Below are positions 13,150 through 25,429 of a DNA stretch of 64,000 bases, piece after piece. The stretch is from Epiperipatus broadwayi (lineage: Eukaryota > Animalia > Onychophora), in assembly GCA_028023455.1 (NCBI GenBank), contig JAQFVV010000002.1, positions 17,670,001 through 17,734,000 of the forward strand, given 5' to 3'. Each line of letters starts with the position of its first letter. Positions within the stretch are counted from its first letter, which is position 1. Made by a program: the position numbers and the translations under genes. The notes beneath the pieces were generated by a model, which saw only the letters and a program-made list of their open reading frames with translations, was not told where the DNA came from and did not search any database.

Positions 13150-13855
13150 CCTACATTTATATATGTAATATATGTGGGATTCGAACTCAGACTTTCACAC
13201 GACCCACAACTCTCAGTGCCATCTTATATTGCTGACCCACTCGATCACACACATGCTGAAAAGATTTTAAAAATCACCAATATAGGTATTTCGTGCTAAA
13301 CCAGCACTCACCCGTTGGTCCAGATTACCATCTCCACACATATATACAATCAGTACTCAGTTTTATATTAAGATAGCCAATCTTCATACTTCAATGGACA
13401 GGCTTCAAACTACTACCAACCCACAACTCTTCAGCCTTCCATTTCATTGAAAATCTGATGATGGAATGTTCAAAGCCTTGCATATGTATGTATAAATGGA
13501 TTATTCTCCTGTACATGAGGGGTTAGAATGACTAAACATGGGTAGGATGACAACTTTGGCACTAATGTGGACTTTGAATATTTCATCATCAGATTTTCAA
13601 TGAAATGGAAGGCTGACGAGTTGTGGGTTGGAGTAGTTTGAAGCCTGTCCATTAAAGTATGAAGATTGGCTATCTTAATATAAAGCTGAGTACTGATTGT
13701 ATATATGTATGGAGATGGTAATCTGGACCAACTGATGAGTACTTGTTTAGCATGAAATATTATATTGGTGATTATTTATTTTTTCAACATGTGTGTGATC
13801 AGGTGGGTTAGCAATATAAGATGGCACTGAGAGTTGTGGGTCATGTGAAAGTTAT
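13150..13855. mobile_element. Family B fold-back repeat carrying a hammerhead plus a tRNA-like module
   Basis: Inverted arms at ~13190-13480 and ~13575-13855 with a ~95-bp spacer. Related copies at 41335-41640, 47850-47915 and 52960-53300. Confidence 0.85.
13727..13769 (+). ncRNA. Type I hammerhead ribozyme motif, family B
   Basis: ACCAA CUGAUGA GUAC UUGUUUA GCAU GAAA UAUUAUA UUGGU. Helix I ACCAA/UUGGU is perfect, the core is intact and helix II is partly decayed. The mirror copy at 13276-13319 has perfect GUGC/GCAC but a mutated core. Confidence 0.75.
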
Positions 13856-14229
13856 CTTTAATATGTGTAATTCTTTGGATATTTAAAAATTGATGGTCGT
13901 TTTTTTTAAAAATATTAACAAAAACAATAAGGCATAATGATTGCAATATTTATATCAACTTAGTATTATAACATCAAGTCATATTTATTTTAAAACAAAT
14001 ATTGTTATTGATTTTTTATCTTTATAATTCAGCAATAAATTTTCTCAGAATAAAAAAACATATGGAAAAAAAATCAACTTTTTATATAAAAATTAATCAA
14101 ACTAACATAAATCTATATATATAGACAGTACCCAACTTAGCATTTAAAACATTCTGCAACATTATTCATATCTTGATTTATGCACACATCAAAACAGTTA
14201 TGAACTTTTATTGTTGTGATGTATTAAAA

Positions 14230-14481
14230 TCATCATCATCAATCATTATCAATCCACTGCAGGATGAAGGTCTCTCCAAGTTCAATCCATTTTTTCTAAT
14301 CCTTAGCTTCTCTTCTCCACATCACCCCTGAACACTTTCTTATTTCATCAAACCATCTCACATATGGTCACTTTCTGGGTCTTTTACAATTTCTTGGAAT
14401 CCAGTTTCAAATTTCAATTGTCCATCTATTATCATCTCCTCTAGCAATATGTCCAGCCCAACTCCACTTCAATCTTTTAAT
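14230..14481 (-). mobile_element. 5'-truncated RTE LINE 3' end
   Basis: Same sequence as 497-768, with a (GAT)n tail. Confidence 0.85.
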
Positions 14482-14964
14482 ATGTCTTCTTTAATGATAT
14501 GTTCAAAAAATGTTCCAGTAATAAAAATGTTTTGTATTTAAAATAGTGGATGGTTTGAAATTAACAATTTTGGTATTTATAAAATTTAATCTTTGTTAAT
14601 GAATAAAATATAATTTTCTTCTTTTTTATACTATTATGTAGAATTATTACTCAAATTTAGTTGCTTTAATAAAGAAATATAGTTTGCTGTTAATGATTAA
14701 CAAAAATGCCCCCCCCCCCTTTGTACTACTAAATTAAATTATTATTGAATTGTTTTTTGTTTTTTTTTTGTATATCAGATATTTTTATGGGTAAAAATCA
14801 ATCGAAAGATATGTTTTGAGATGCATTTTATTTTTTTAAAAATGTAATCACTGTACAATTATATACTACAATTATAAACTAGTTTTAAACATGTAGAGTA
14901 ATATAAAATAATTTAAAATATTCTTTCTTAAGTTAAATCAGACATTTCATTGGGTAAAATCATA

Positions 14965-15289
14965 TAAACAAGGCAAAACTCTCCATACAGTAGTGCCACC
15001 CTGTGCCAGCCAGAGTAATCAATGGATGCCAGAAGGTTTGTGCATAAAATCCCTATCTAGTGCCTATTCATCCAATATCCCCAGACTAGTTTCTGGCTTG
15101 TCACTGATAATGGCCACAAGCCAGACACTAGTCTGGAGATATTGGATGAGTAGGCACTAGATAGGGATTTTATGCTCAAGCCTTCTGGCATCCATTGATT
15201 ACTCTGGTTGCCACATGGTGGCACTACTGTATGGAGAGTTTTGCCTTGTTTAATAATAATTATGTGCTAGTAAAAGAGATAGTGATCAT
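14965..15289. mobile_element. Family A fold-back copy A3; its tail is split by the LINE and resumes at 21628
   Basis: Inverted arms centred at ~15100 within the hammerhead region. The tail GAGATAGTGATCAT continues as GTGATGT after 21627, matching the family consensus GAAATGGTGATCATGTGATGT. Confidence 0.85.
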
Positions 15290-15431
15290 CCTTCCGCTTT
15301 TGGCAGCCATCTTTGCGACTGGTCTTATTAAAAGCGTCCCTTAGCGATTCAGTTTCAAGAAGACAGGGACGATTGTCCCCTTACCTTTACATCTTTTATT
15401 CAAGGTAAGTCGGTTTTAAACATTATTTATT

Positions 15432-18078
15432 ATGGAAAGTGATAATATAATCGATAACTCTCAAATTAATGTTAACCCCGATCTCAGCATTCAACCTAGC
15501 AATGCAGCCATCGGTCGTAAATATTATAGCCTTAGATCTAATCTAAATGCAACTAAACTAACTTCTACTACAAATAAAAACCCACAAACCAATAAATCAA
15601 ATGAAAACACCATCGCAAATATCAACAAAAGTTTAGAAAATATTCAACTTACCCCCAATATAAACAGTAGCATAAATATCTCATCAAGCGAAACTATTGA
15701 AATCCTTAACAATACAAGCAAAAACCAATCATCTCCTCTCTGAAGATTTTACGCTCCCACAGAAGACTCTAATGAGAAATTTTCTTTGCTCTATAATACC
15801 CCGAAAACCATATCTGAAAATAATAGACAAAATTTCCAACAAGATGATATCAGCGAATTTTTTAAAGTTAAAACTTTTCCACCAGAGGTCGACAAAACCA
15901 GCGCTGTCACATTACAGTTTGTCAACAGTAAATTTAAAAATCAAAAAGAAGAAATAAATTTTAAAACTAATAAACCTCATTCCAAAACAAACAAAGATTA
16001 TAGCACAGAACAATCCATTGCTACATCAGCCAACTTGCAATCTAAACCAATTTCCTCATTTCCAATATTGAAAAATTCCACTACGTACGCAAATATCGTA
16101 AGGTCTAAAAATTCTGAGAGCATCTCCGAAAATATTAAGGCCGATAATTTCAATGAACTATATTTGAATATCTCAGAATTAGACACAGAACAAGAATCAA
16201 ACACTCTGGAAAATGTCTCATTTAATATAAACGATCTTAATGATGACATATTCCTAAAAATAAATAACGAGTTCAACAAAACGATTCCCAACACTCTGTA
16301 TAAATCGTTTACAAACTACTACAGCGATAAGTCATTAATCTTAGCCATAACAAATCAACAACATGCGTTATATAAGTTCCCTCTAGAACAATTATACAGT
16401 CTAATCAATCAAAATCAATTAGGCAAAGGCATTCACATGATCCTTAATCATCCCAATGACCGCTATGTTATCGTTGAGTTTAAAACATGGGCGGACCGTA
16501 TGAACTTTAAAAATAAGTACCGATCTTTGGGAAATTATATACTTTGCTCCATAGATATGAACCATCCAGTTACACTATCTGGCAGAATTCAAAACTGCCT
16601 TGCCCATTTGAAAGAACAAGAACTACAAGACATCCTTATTAATTATGGTTCAGTTAGTAAATTTAGACACCTACTAAACCCTCACTTCGAAGATCAAATT
16701 CTGTCCAATACAGTTGTTTTCACACTTACTTTAAAGATAAACATTATACCCACTGACATACCCACCATTATTACTGCAAGAGGCTCTCCTATGGTTTTGA
16801 CCTTCAGGGGAGTACAGCCACAATGTTTCTTCTGCCTTCAAAGAACACACCTTATTAAAGATTGTGCAGCAAGAATATGCATACACTGTGGTATTAAAAA
16901 GAATAAAGTTCACAGATGCCCTGGTAGACCTATTAATATGGCTATTGCATCCTTAAATAGACAATCACCACATGGGACTAATTCAAACAGCAACCTCACA
17001 AACCCAGACAATCTGACTCAAATAAATCCTCCAACAAACCCTCTCACATCCAAACCTATCTTTCAAAATGAAAATCTTCAAGAAAGAACAAACACCAATC
17101 TCTACACTAATAGTAGTGAATCAGAGAACCAAGCAATAACATATACTGCTACTAAACCAATCTCTCAAACCAATAATACTCAAGATCATTCAATAGATAC
17201 ATATTGTACTAATCCCCGAGAAACAATGCTAGGCCAAACTCTTTCTACAAAAGAAGACAATATGACCAAACCATCTAACGAGAGCAAGGAAAACCCAGGC
17301 GATGAAGAAAATACCCTTAAAAAATTTCAAAACAATTCATCTATAACAACTCCCACCCAGCTTAAAACCAATGATGCATCATCATTCGGGCCAGCTAAGT
17401 CTAATAAACCTAAACAAAGTGATCCACAAACTGTCCTCAATTCTTCAATGCCTGCAGTAATCAACCATCCAGATGAAAAGACTTATCAAACACTCAACCC
17501 GAAAGTCAGCATAATTAATGTTTCACAACAGTTACAGCAAACCGAAAATGACTCTGATCTAAAATTTAAACCAAATTCTTATAACAATAAAAAAACACTT
17601 TCATCAAAAGTACAGGAAAAAGAAAACAACACTACTAAACTTAAAAAAAACCCCAAAAACCAACACAACAAATACCCAAAATACAAATAAGAAAATTAAA
17701 AGAAAATCAATTCGCTCAGATAAATCAAGCTCTGATGATGACAGCTCCCATCCAATACATTATTCACCAACACCCGCTAGCAAACAAATCTCAGATATAT
17801 CCAGCACAAAGCTTCACAAATCCATAGAAAAAAAGAGGAAAACCATGGATCCTATAACCATCGATACCATTGATCCATCTGACAAATCTCAGACAGATTA
17901 CACTACTTCATCAGACACCAAAGACTTCATGGATGCGTTTCCTCAACCAACAAATATATCACCAATCCATACACAAGTTCAATCACAAGACTCTGATTTC
18001 CAAACAACATCAGAACTTATTAACATTGAGATGCCCCACATTGACTTGGTACACTTTGCTGAGGACGGTTTGGATTAA
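15432..18078 (+). pseudogene. Tx1-type ORF1 (RRM-like region + CCHC knuckle), interrupted
   Basis: 15432..15743 and 15786..17690 share a frame separated by one TGA (15741-15743). Contains CFFCLQRTHLIKDC. A frameshift at the A8 run (17643-17650) would join the frame of 17845..18078, ending 6 nt before the ORF2 ATG. Confidence 0.8.
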
Positions 18079-18084
18079 TCTATC

Positions 18085-21000
18085 ATGTTCTGCAAAATTG
18101 CTGGCATTAATATTCGCGGCATCAACTCAATTGATAGAGTTCTAGCTATTAAAAACTGGCTCTCACTCTGCTCCCCTCATATACTTCTTATGGGCGAAAC
18201 TAAATATCACCATAAGACTGATCATAAAATATTATCTCTTCTCTCAGCTCTCAGATTTACTAGATTTTCCATAGGCCATTCTGCTTCAGGTGGAGTCGGT
18301 ATTCTTCTCAGCAAGTCAACACCACCAAACAGTTTTAGTATTCTATTCCTAGATGCCAATATTATTGTCATAGAAATAGACTATTGGGGTTATCCGATCA
18401 TCATAGCTTATATATATACAGCCAAAGACACCTCTCAATATCTAAAAATAATCCATATCCTAAATGCCATCAACGCTAACAGAGCCTCTCCTACTATTCT
18501 TCTGGGAGACTTTAACACTACATACAATGACTTCAACAAGAGATTTTTGCATCTAATAAATCGCAGATTAATGTGTGGAGAGGGTTTCTTCCCTCCTGAA
18601 GCCTACTCTTTCTATACTAAAACTAAAAAGTCCCTGATTGATTTGGTTTTCTACACCCCAGACCTCCATTTCAACCTTGATGCAGCCTTAGCCCCTGTTG
18701 CTTTCTCTGACCATATGGCTCTAATCTTACAACTTACACCCATTGCAATCCCTACACCCATTGATGGACCTGGTAAAACCATGCGCATGATCACCCAATC
18801 AAATATGACCGAAGCGATAGTGTCTGAGGCATACATCCTTTTCCAGAAAATAAACATCCTTTCCCTGTCTGCTGAGGAGGGCTGGTTTTCCTTCATTGGA
18901 ATACTTCAGTCCATATTAAATCACCACACCAGGAAAATCAAAGAACCTAATGGCCTTCTAAATGACCTAACAGACATTAATATACAACTTCTAGCATCAC
19001 AGCAATAATATACAACTTCTAGCATCACAGCAAAATTTCACAAATACAGAAAAAATTATCTTCCTTAAAAATTTCTACAAAATCAAGCAAAAGTCCCTTG
19101 CAGAATCTATATCCATCAGAAGAGCCAAATGTTTCTTAGCACAACAACACTGCTGGACGAGAGACTATCTCAGATGGGCACTGGGATACAATAAAAAACA
19201 AACCACTTACTTATCCATTAATACTAATGGAACCAATCTTATTGGCTTTCCAATGATGCAGCACATCAGCAAACAATTCTGCCAATTAATGCAAAAAGAT
19301 GGAGCTCCTCCTATAAACAGCTGGTTAGATGCTGGTGACCCGGCGAACATGGCATCATGGAAATTCAAATCAAAAAGAAGATAACACCGCTCCCTGACGG
19401 CGTTCATCCTGGCCTTCATGGCATCCCAAATTTCCTTCTCAAACACCTCAGTCAATTCACTGTGCCAATTATTAAAAAAATGATTGATCACCTAGCCTCC
19501 GGCAACAGAAACATAACAGATCTTTACCCAATGGCACTCGTGCCTTTTATTAAAAAAAGCAAAACCACTAAACGACATTAACAGTATCCGGCCTATTTCC
19601 ATGACCCCATTGCTTATCAAGATAATTGAGTCGGTCATTAAAGATCAAATCTAAACTCAAATTCTTAGCCATATCTCGTCAAACCAATATGGAAAAAAGG
19701 GATCATCAACCTCGCATGCTATGTCCAATGTAACTGCACTGTTCAATTACATCAGAGGACATCGTAAATCAAAACCTATTGCTGTCCAGCTGGATGTTGC
19801 GGCAGCATTTGATTCAGTCCAGATAAACATCCTTCTGGATATTCTGTTGGAATGCGACATTCCAGCTGGGATTGTACAGATGATCAGCAATCTGCTCAAC
19901 AACAGAGAGATTTTTCTCTCTCTTGATGGCAAGATCACACCAGGTTTCAAGCCATACAAGTCGATCCCTCAAGGATCCCCGCTCAGTGCCCTTTTCTTCA
20001 CAGCATACATCAACCCTCTTCTGATGGATATAGAAAAAAACCTCCCTGGAATTTTCCTTCCCTCTCTCAATAAAAGCTTCAATGTATTTGCATATATTGA
20101 TGACATCATGGTTGTGCTTCCCACCATTACATATCTTCCTAATCTCATGAACATATTAAACAGAAATACAGTGAAACTTGGCCTACAAATAAATTTTAAC
20201 AAATCTTCCATCTGGAAGATAATGTCTTGTAAACAAGTTAACTCTCCCTTTTCTGCAAAACCCCAAAGATACCTAGGTTTTCCAATCTACAAAACTCCAA
20301 CTGCAATGGCAAGAGAGATTCAAGATGCAATCCTCCATTCAACGAAGCCATCACCACTTCACTCTCTAGAGTATACCTTTCATTATATGGAAAGGTTGGC
20401 CTCCTCAACATGATCATAATGCCAAAAATCTCATATTATCTTCCATTCGTTAAAATGTCTAAACAGTTTCAAAATAAAATTAACCGATTATGCACCAAAC
20501 TTCTCTGGAGAGGAAGGACAGTTGCTATTAGCTTGCGAGGTATCCAATGACCATGCAGGTTCAATGGACTGTCATTCCACTCAATACAAGCAATCATTTT
20601 ACAGAAAACCCACAACACTCTACATAATCTGATCCTCTCCTGCGGATACTCTAACATTATTAAAAAAGTTACACCGACAGATCGTCCTCCACCCTCTTCC
20701 AGTTCATGGATAGCATCCCTAATACAACAACTACAACTTTATAACCCGATAATATCCTTTAACCTTATCCCAAAAATCACCTTATGGGAAGCATACAATA
20801 TAATCAACTATAATCAACAACCCATTAAAACCAGCCTAAAAATAACCAACCAAAGACTCATTACACACTTCAAAAGATGGAGTCTGGAACCCAAATTCCT
20901 TGACTTCATCATTAAAATAAATCTTAATGTGCTACCCATGAATTGGTTTCTTTATCACCGAAGAGGTTTTACCAGCATTGACCCTATATGTGGTCTGTGT

Positions 21001-21339
21001 GCTCGTGAAGATGAAACCATAGACCATATTATACACCGGTGCCCAAGACTTAAAACTCTGAAAGATATAATTATAATCAATTCCAACATAAGACCTGATA
21101 TGATTTTCTCACTCGAAAATGCCATTCATATTGGTCTTTTTTCAATAATAAGGCTTTCTACCTTTGTCCTTTATTCCATATGGATAGTGAGATGCAAAAG
21201 TCTCATGGAATTACCCCCGACACAAATCATACCATTGTTCTATCAAATGCTCAAAAAAATCAAGAAACGTGACCAGCTCCTTGCCTCCAGTAAAGTCTTT
21301 GCTGACACCTGGTCTTTAATTGCTCTTTCCTTTTCCTGA
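18085..21339 (+). pseudogene. ORF2: apurinic endonuclease, reverse transcriptase, C-terminal zinc finger (interrupted)
   Basis: APE: INIRGIN, LMGETK, LLGDFN, LIDLV, SDH. RT: QLDVAAAFDSV, QGSPLS, YIDD. C-terminus: CGLC..DETIDHIIHRC. Broken by a 28-bp tandem duplication (18979-19034) and several stops/frameshifts. Confidence 0.9.
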
Positions 21340-22208
21340 TTATCAATTTCCAATACCCAGCATTATAGAATAGTCATTTATAAAAGAAAATATTCATGTT
21401 TATATTAAAAATGCTAATACCATTAAACAAGTTCTTTGAATCTCTTCACTATACCTAACCACATAAGAGTATAACATTGTGCTCTCATAACATAATCTAG
21501 CCAGATGACATATAGAACATTATATAATCATATTATTGTACAATTTATTCATTTATTTATCCTTTATTAGTATGTAATCACTATTTATTGTTAATAAAAA
21601 ATTTTATTGAAATGAGATAGTGATCATGTGATGTAAAAACATATACTTAAAAATCTTGCTAGCCAATATAAACATTCTCACACTGTAAAATATTTTTGTA
21701 CTAATATAAATTCATTTCTATTCACCCACAATTTCCTTCCAATGTACATTTATCAAATCATTCTGATTATATAGTTAAGTCACAATATCCTTTACATTTT
21801 AATTTAAGCCCCTGTTGCAAACATTGTCCATTGTGTATAATAGCTCATCATTTTACCGATGAACTTTGGTTTCAGTACAATATATATTTAGTGAACTGCA
21901 AGTATATATTATCTTTCAATGAACTGCAAGTATATATTATCTTTCAACAATTTAATTCTTTATTTAACATATGTATCCGTGGCATTAACCCAATCATAGA
22001 TTGCGCAGTGAAAGAAACAATGCAGAAAAGGAATGAAATGAACAAATAAGTAAAAAGATAATACACCAATGGGACTAAAGATAATACTTTTTTTCAGATG
22101 TCTCAAGTGAATTGTTTAAAACCTAAATCAAAAATGTCTCTATTTGCAAAGTTTTTATTATAAGTTATGGGTAAATGAAGTAAAGGGGAGAATTTTAATA
22201 TATTAGAC

Positions 22209-22615
22209 ATTAGTAATGACTGGAAGGTTGCTAGTCTCCCACATGCACCTTACAATTACTTTCAGACAGCCAATAGCTGTTAAAACAGCGATCAGGCCTA
22301 GACACAGAGATTTTTTGACAAGAAGAGAATGATACCACTCTTCTCTTTTACTTAACTTTTATATATATATATAAGCCAGTCTTAAGCATTTTGGCTTGAA
22401 AGCATGAATAATATAAACAAGATGCTTAAGACTGGCTTATATATATAAAAGTTAAGTAAAAGAGAAGAGTGGTATCATTCTTTTCTTGTCAAAAAATCTC
22501 TGTCATGTGTCTAGGCCTGATCGCTTCTCAGACCGCTGTTTTAACAGCTATTGGCTGTCTGAAAGTAACTGTAAGGCGCATGTGGAAGAATAGCAACCTT
22601 CCAGTCATTACTAAT
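22209..22615. repeat. Long near-perfect inverted repeat (fold-back/MITE-like)
   Basis: Arms at 22209-22389 and 22422-22615 are reverse complements apart from small indels; ~32-nt spacer. Confidence 0.9.
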
Positions 22616-22869
22616 TTAATAACAACATGCGATTTAAACAAAATATTATTTATATTAGACATATAAATTTTAAGATCACAAATATTGTAAATATGTTTAT
22701 TATAATGATCTTTTTTTGATACTTAATTTAGAGAGCAAATTAAACATAGAAATATTCTGGGAAAAAGTTTTATGCAAGAATTTAAGATATCTTGTTTTTC
22801 ATCTCATCATTAATATGATATACAGATCATTATTTAGATTATTTTATTGAAAAAAATTGTCAAAAACAG

Positions 22870-23700
22870 ATTGAAATTTTGATATCTGTCTTAAAGTGAG
22901 GATTCCATGGCAATGGTTTATACTCCAAGATTGGGAGTACCAAAGATATAAAAAGTTTGATATTTGTAAATTTATTAAAGGCTTTTCCATATCTATAAAT
23001 ATCTCCTATAATTTTGAGAGCTCTGTTCACCATAACATCAATGTGATGATGGAAAGAGTCATTATTGGAACATATTTTTAGATCTCTTTGATGATCCCTT
23101 GTTATGGTTTTAGAGTCATAGTAATAATAGAAAACTAAGATTTAATATTTTCTAGGGTAAGAGACAATAGAGTCCTTATCCATATTTACAGTTATTAATA
23201 GCATAGATATGCCTGAAAATTTTGCAGTCATTGGCATAATATTAGTCTGAGAATTTAATATAGTTTCTTAGATCATCAATATGTACATTAAATAATAATG
23301 GTGTGAGAACACTTCATTGAGGTATCCCAGTGAAGAAACAATATGGTTATGAAAAATTATTGTTAAACTTGATGCTAGACATTCTGTCTTTAAGGAAAGA
23401 GTCAAACCAATTAATTAAACTTTTGGAAAATTTAATCTGGTAAACTTTCTAAGAAGAATTTTATGATTAACTCCAGCAAAAACTTTGAATGTATTAAAAT
23501 AAATAACATCCAACCTAGATTGATTCTCAATTAAATTGGAAATGTGAACAAAATTAGTTAGCAGATTTGTTTCAATGGACCTATTAGGTAAAAAGTCATG
23601 TTGCTTTGATAACAAAACTTTGTTGACATCAAAGACAACCTTATTATATAAGCATCTTTCAAATATTTGGGTGACAGTATATAGAACTGAAATAGGCTTA
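22870..23700 (-). mobile_element. Decayed CR1/Jockey-group LINE RT fragment
   Basis: ORF 23415..23615 QHDFLPNRSIETNLL...LDVIYFNTFKVFAGVNHKILLRK resembles the QHGF..RST.TNL...VDVIYTDFSKAFD.VNH pattern. Confidence 0.65.
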
Positions 23701-23757
23701 TAGTCACTTAATGAATATCTAGATCCTTTATTAATAATAGAGATAAAAATATTTTTT

Positions 23758-24006
23758 ATATTAAATGCTTTTATTTACTATGCACTAAAAAGCAAAAAAA
23801 TAATTGTTTCTTCAATCATAATTGGCAATTTCAGATTTAACTTGAAATAAAAGCTTGGGGAGGTCCAGAAAATATTTAAATCAATTGCTATTTATTTCCC
23901 TATGCTTTTATTTCAAGTTAAATCTAAAAACCCCAATTATGGTTAAAGAAACTGGTTTTATTTTTTTGCTTTTTAGTGCATAGTAGTAAATAAAAGCATC
24001 TAATAT
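23758..24006. repeat. Inverted repeat (fold-back), ~100-bp imperfect arms
   Basis: ATATTAAATGCTTTTTATTTACTATGCACTAAAAAGC...AAATAAAAGC mirrors GCTTTTATTTCAAGTTAAATCT...GCATCTAATAT. Confidence 0.8.
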
Positions 24007-24379
24007 AATATATATTTCTATTATTTTTTTATTTTTTAATCTTCAGTTATTTTCCAACTATATTTGTGTTAAGAAATCCAACTTTATTTTAATTCAATTC
24101 TGCAAAGTGATCTATAAAATCTTCTAAAAAAAAAAAAATCATTTATGATTATTAGAAAAATTGTTCATATCCATATTTGAAAATTCTAAAAAAATTAGAA
24201 TGCCAAAAATGTGAATTTTGTTTTGACTTGATATTTCTGCTTTCTCTTTGATATATGCTGATTAATTTCTCATTCTATGTATTTCTGTCAATGCTTCCTT
24301 ATTGCAAGGCTTTTTCCCAGTCAATTTTGAGCATTGCAATTGTTCTATTCTGAGACCATCTGATGATCTTATGATTAGG

Positions 24380-25173
24380 CGTTTCCCAATGCTCTCATTT
24401 GAGCCAAATATTGGCAAGCATATGCTAATCAATCCTGGTGCTGCTTAACAGATTGGAAATGATGTCATCATTTTGTAAATAATTGTTTAGAGCTTCGGAA
24501 ATGTTGTAAGAGTTATCAGACAAAAGTAAAAACGTAGAACTAAACTATGGCTAAAGTAATGGTCATTGGACTTTCTCAGAAGAAGAAAATCAATGAATTA
24601 GAAATTAATAACAACAAATATCATGATCAGATTATTAATGCAGATGGAAATGTAATAGATGAAATTAATCATGGAATTAAACTTGAATGAGGTACTTCTG
24701 TAGAAATAACTTAATATTAAAATAAAATATGTGTGAATGTTTGAAAAGTTTTTTAATAGAAGTATTTTATCAGTTTCTTCTTAAAGGATCTAAGGCTTGG
24801 ACACTCATAAAAGAACAATACAGAGATTTCTGATCACTCAATGAAGTATGGAGAGATGTATGTTTCTATTAATGAAATATATATAAGACCAAACAGGTGT
24901 TGCTGACATCTTTGAAAGAATTAACAAATTGAAATGGAGCTAGGCTAGATATGTTGCTGAAAAGTCTGACAATAGATGGACAGTTAATGTTTTTAACTGG
25001 ATCTCAAGAGATTGTAAAAGACCCAGAAAGAGACCACATGTAAGGTGGATGGATGAAATAAGAAAGTGTGCAGGGGTTATGTGGAGAAGAGAAGCTAAAG
25101 ATCAGAGAAGATGGATTGAACTTGGAGAGACCTTCATCCTGCAGTGGATTGATAATAGTTGATGATGATGATG
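24380..25173 (+). mobile_element. Decayed RTE LINE (RT remnant to 3' tail)
   Basis: 3' part matches the other RTE copies and ends GATAATAGTTGATGATGATGATG. The upstream boundary is approximate. Confidence 0.8.
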
Positions 25174-25429
25174 AGTGCAAATAAGTAAAATAAAATATTT
25201 TCTCAACTACATCTTTTTCTCTCCAACTTTTATAATAGTTCCAGTTCATTCTATCAAAATTGCAATATTCTAACAAATTATTTATACTGTGTGATCCATA
25301 TGACTATGGATTTAATTAATGACATTTGTTTGTTTTTATAGTGATTTTTGCAGATGGATGTATACTAGGGAAAATAATACTCAAATTTTATTTTGTTTAT
25401 TATCATTATTTTGCGTTCAATTTTTTTTA

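Larger units (their letters stand above)
15290..21613 (+). mobile_element. Full-length Tx1/L1-clade non-LTR retrotransposon (defective), 14-bp TSD
   Basis: TSD GAGATAGTGATCAT at 15276-15289 and 21614-21627. Contains a 5'UTR, ORF1 with zinc knuckle, ORF2 with APE + RT + CCHC, and a 3'UTR with AATAAA at 21593. Confidence 0.92.

Noticed and set aside
13614-13650. CUGACGA...GAAGCCUGUC as a second hammerhead in family B
   Set aside because: GAAG instead of GAAA in both arms and no helix II pairing.
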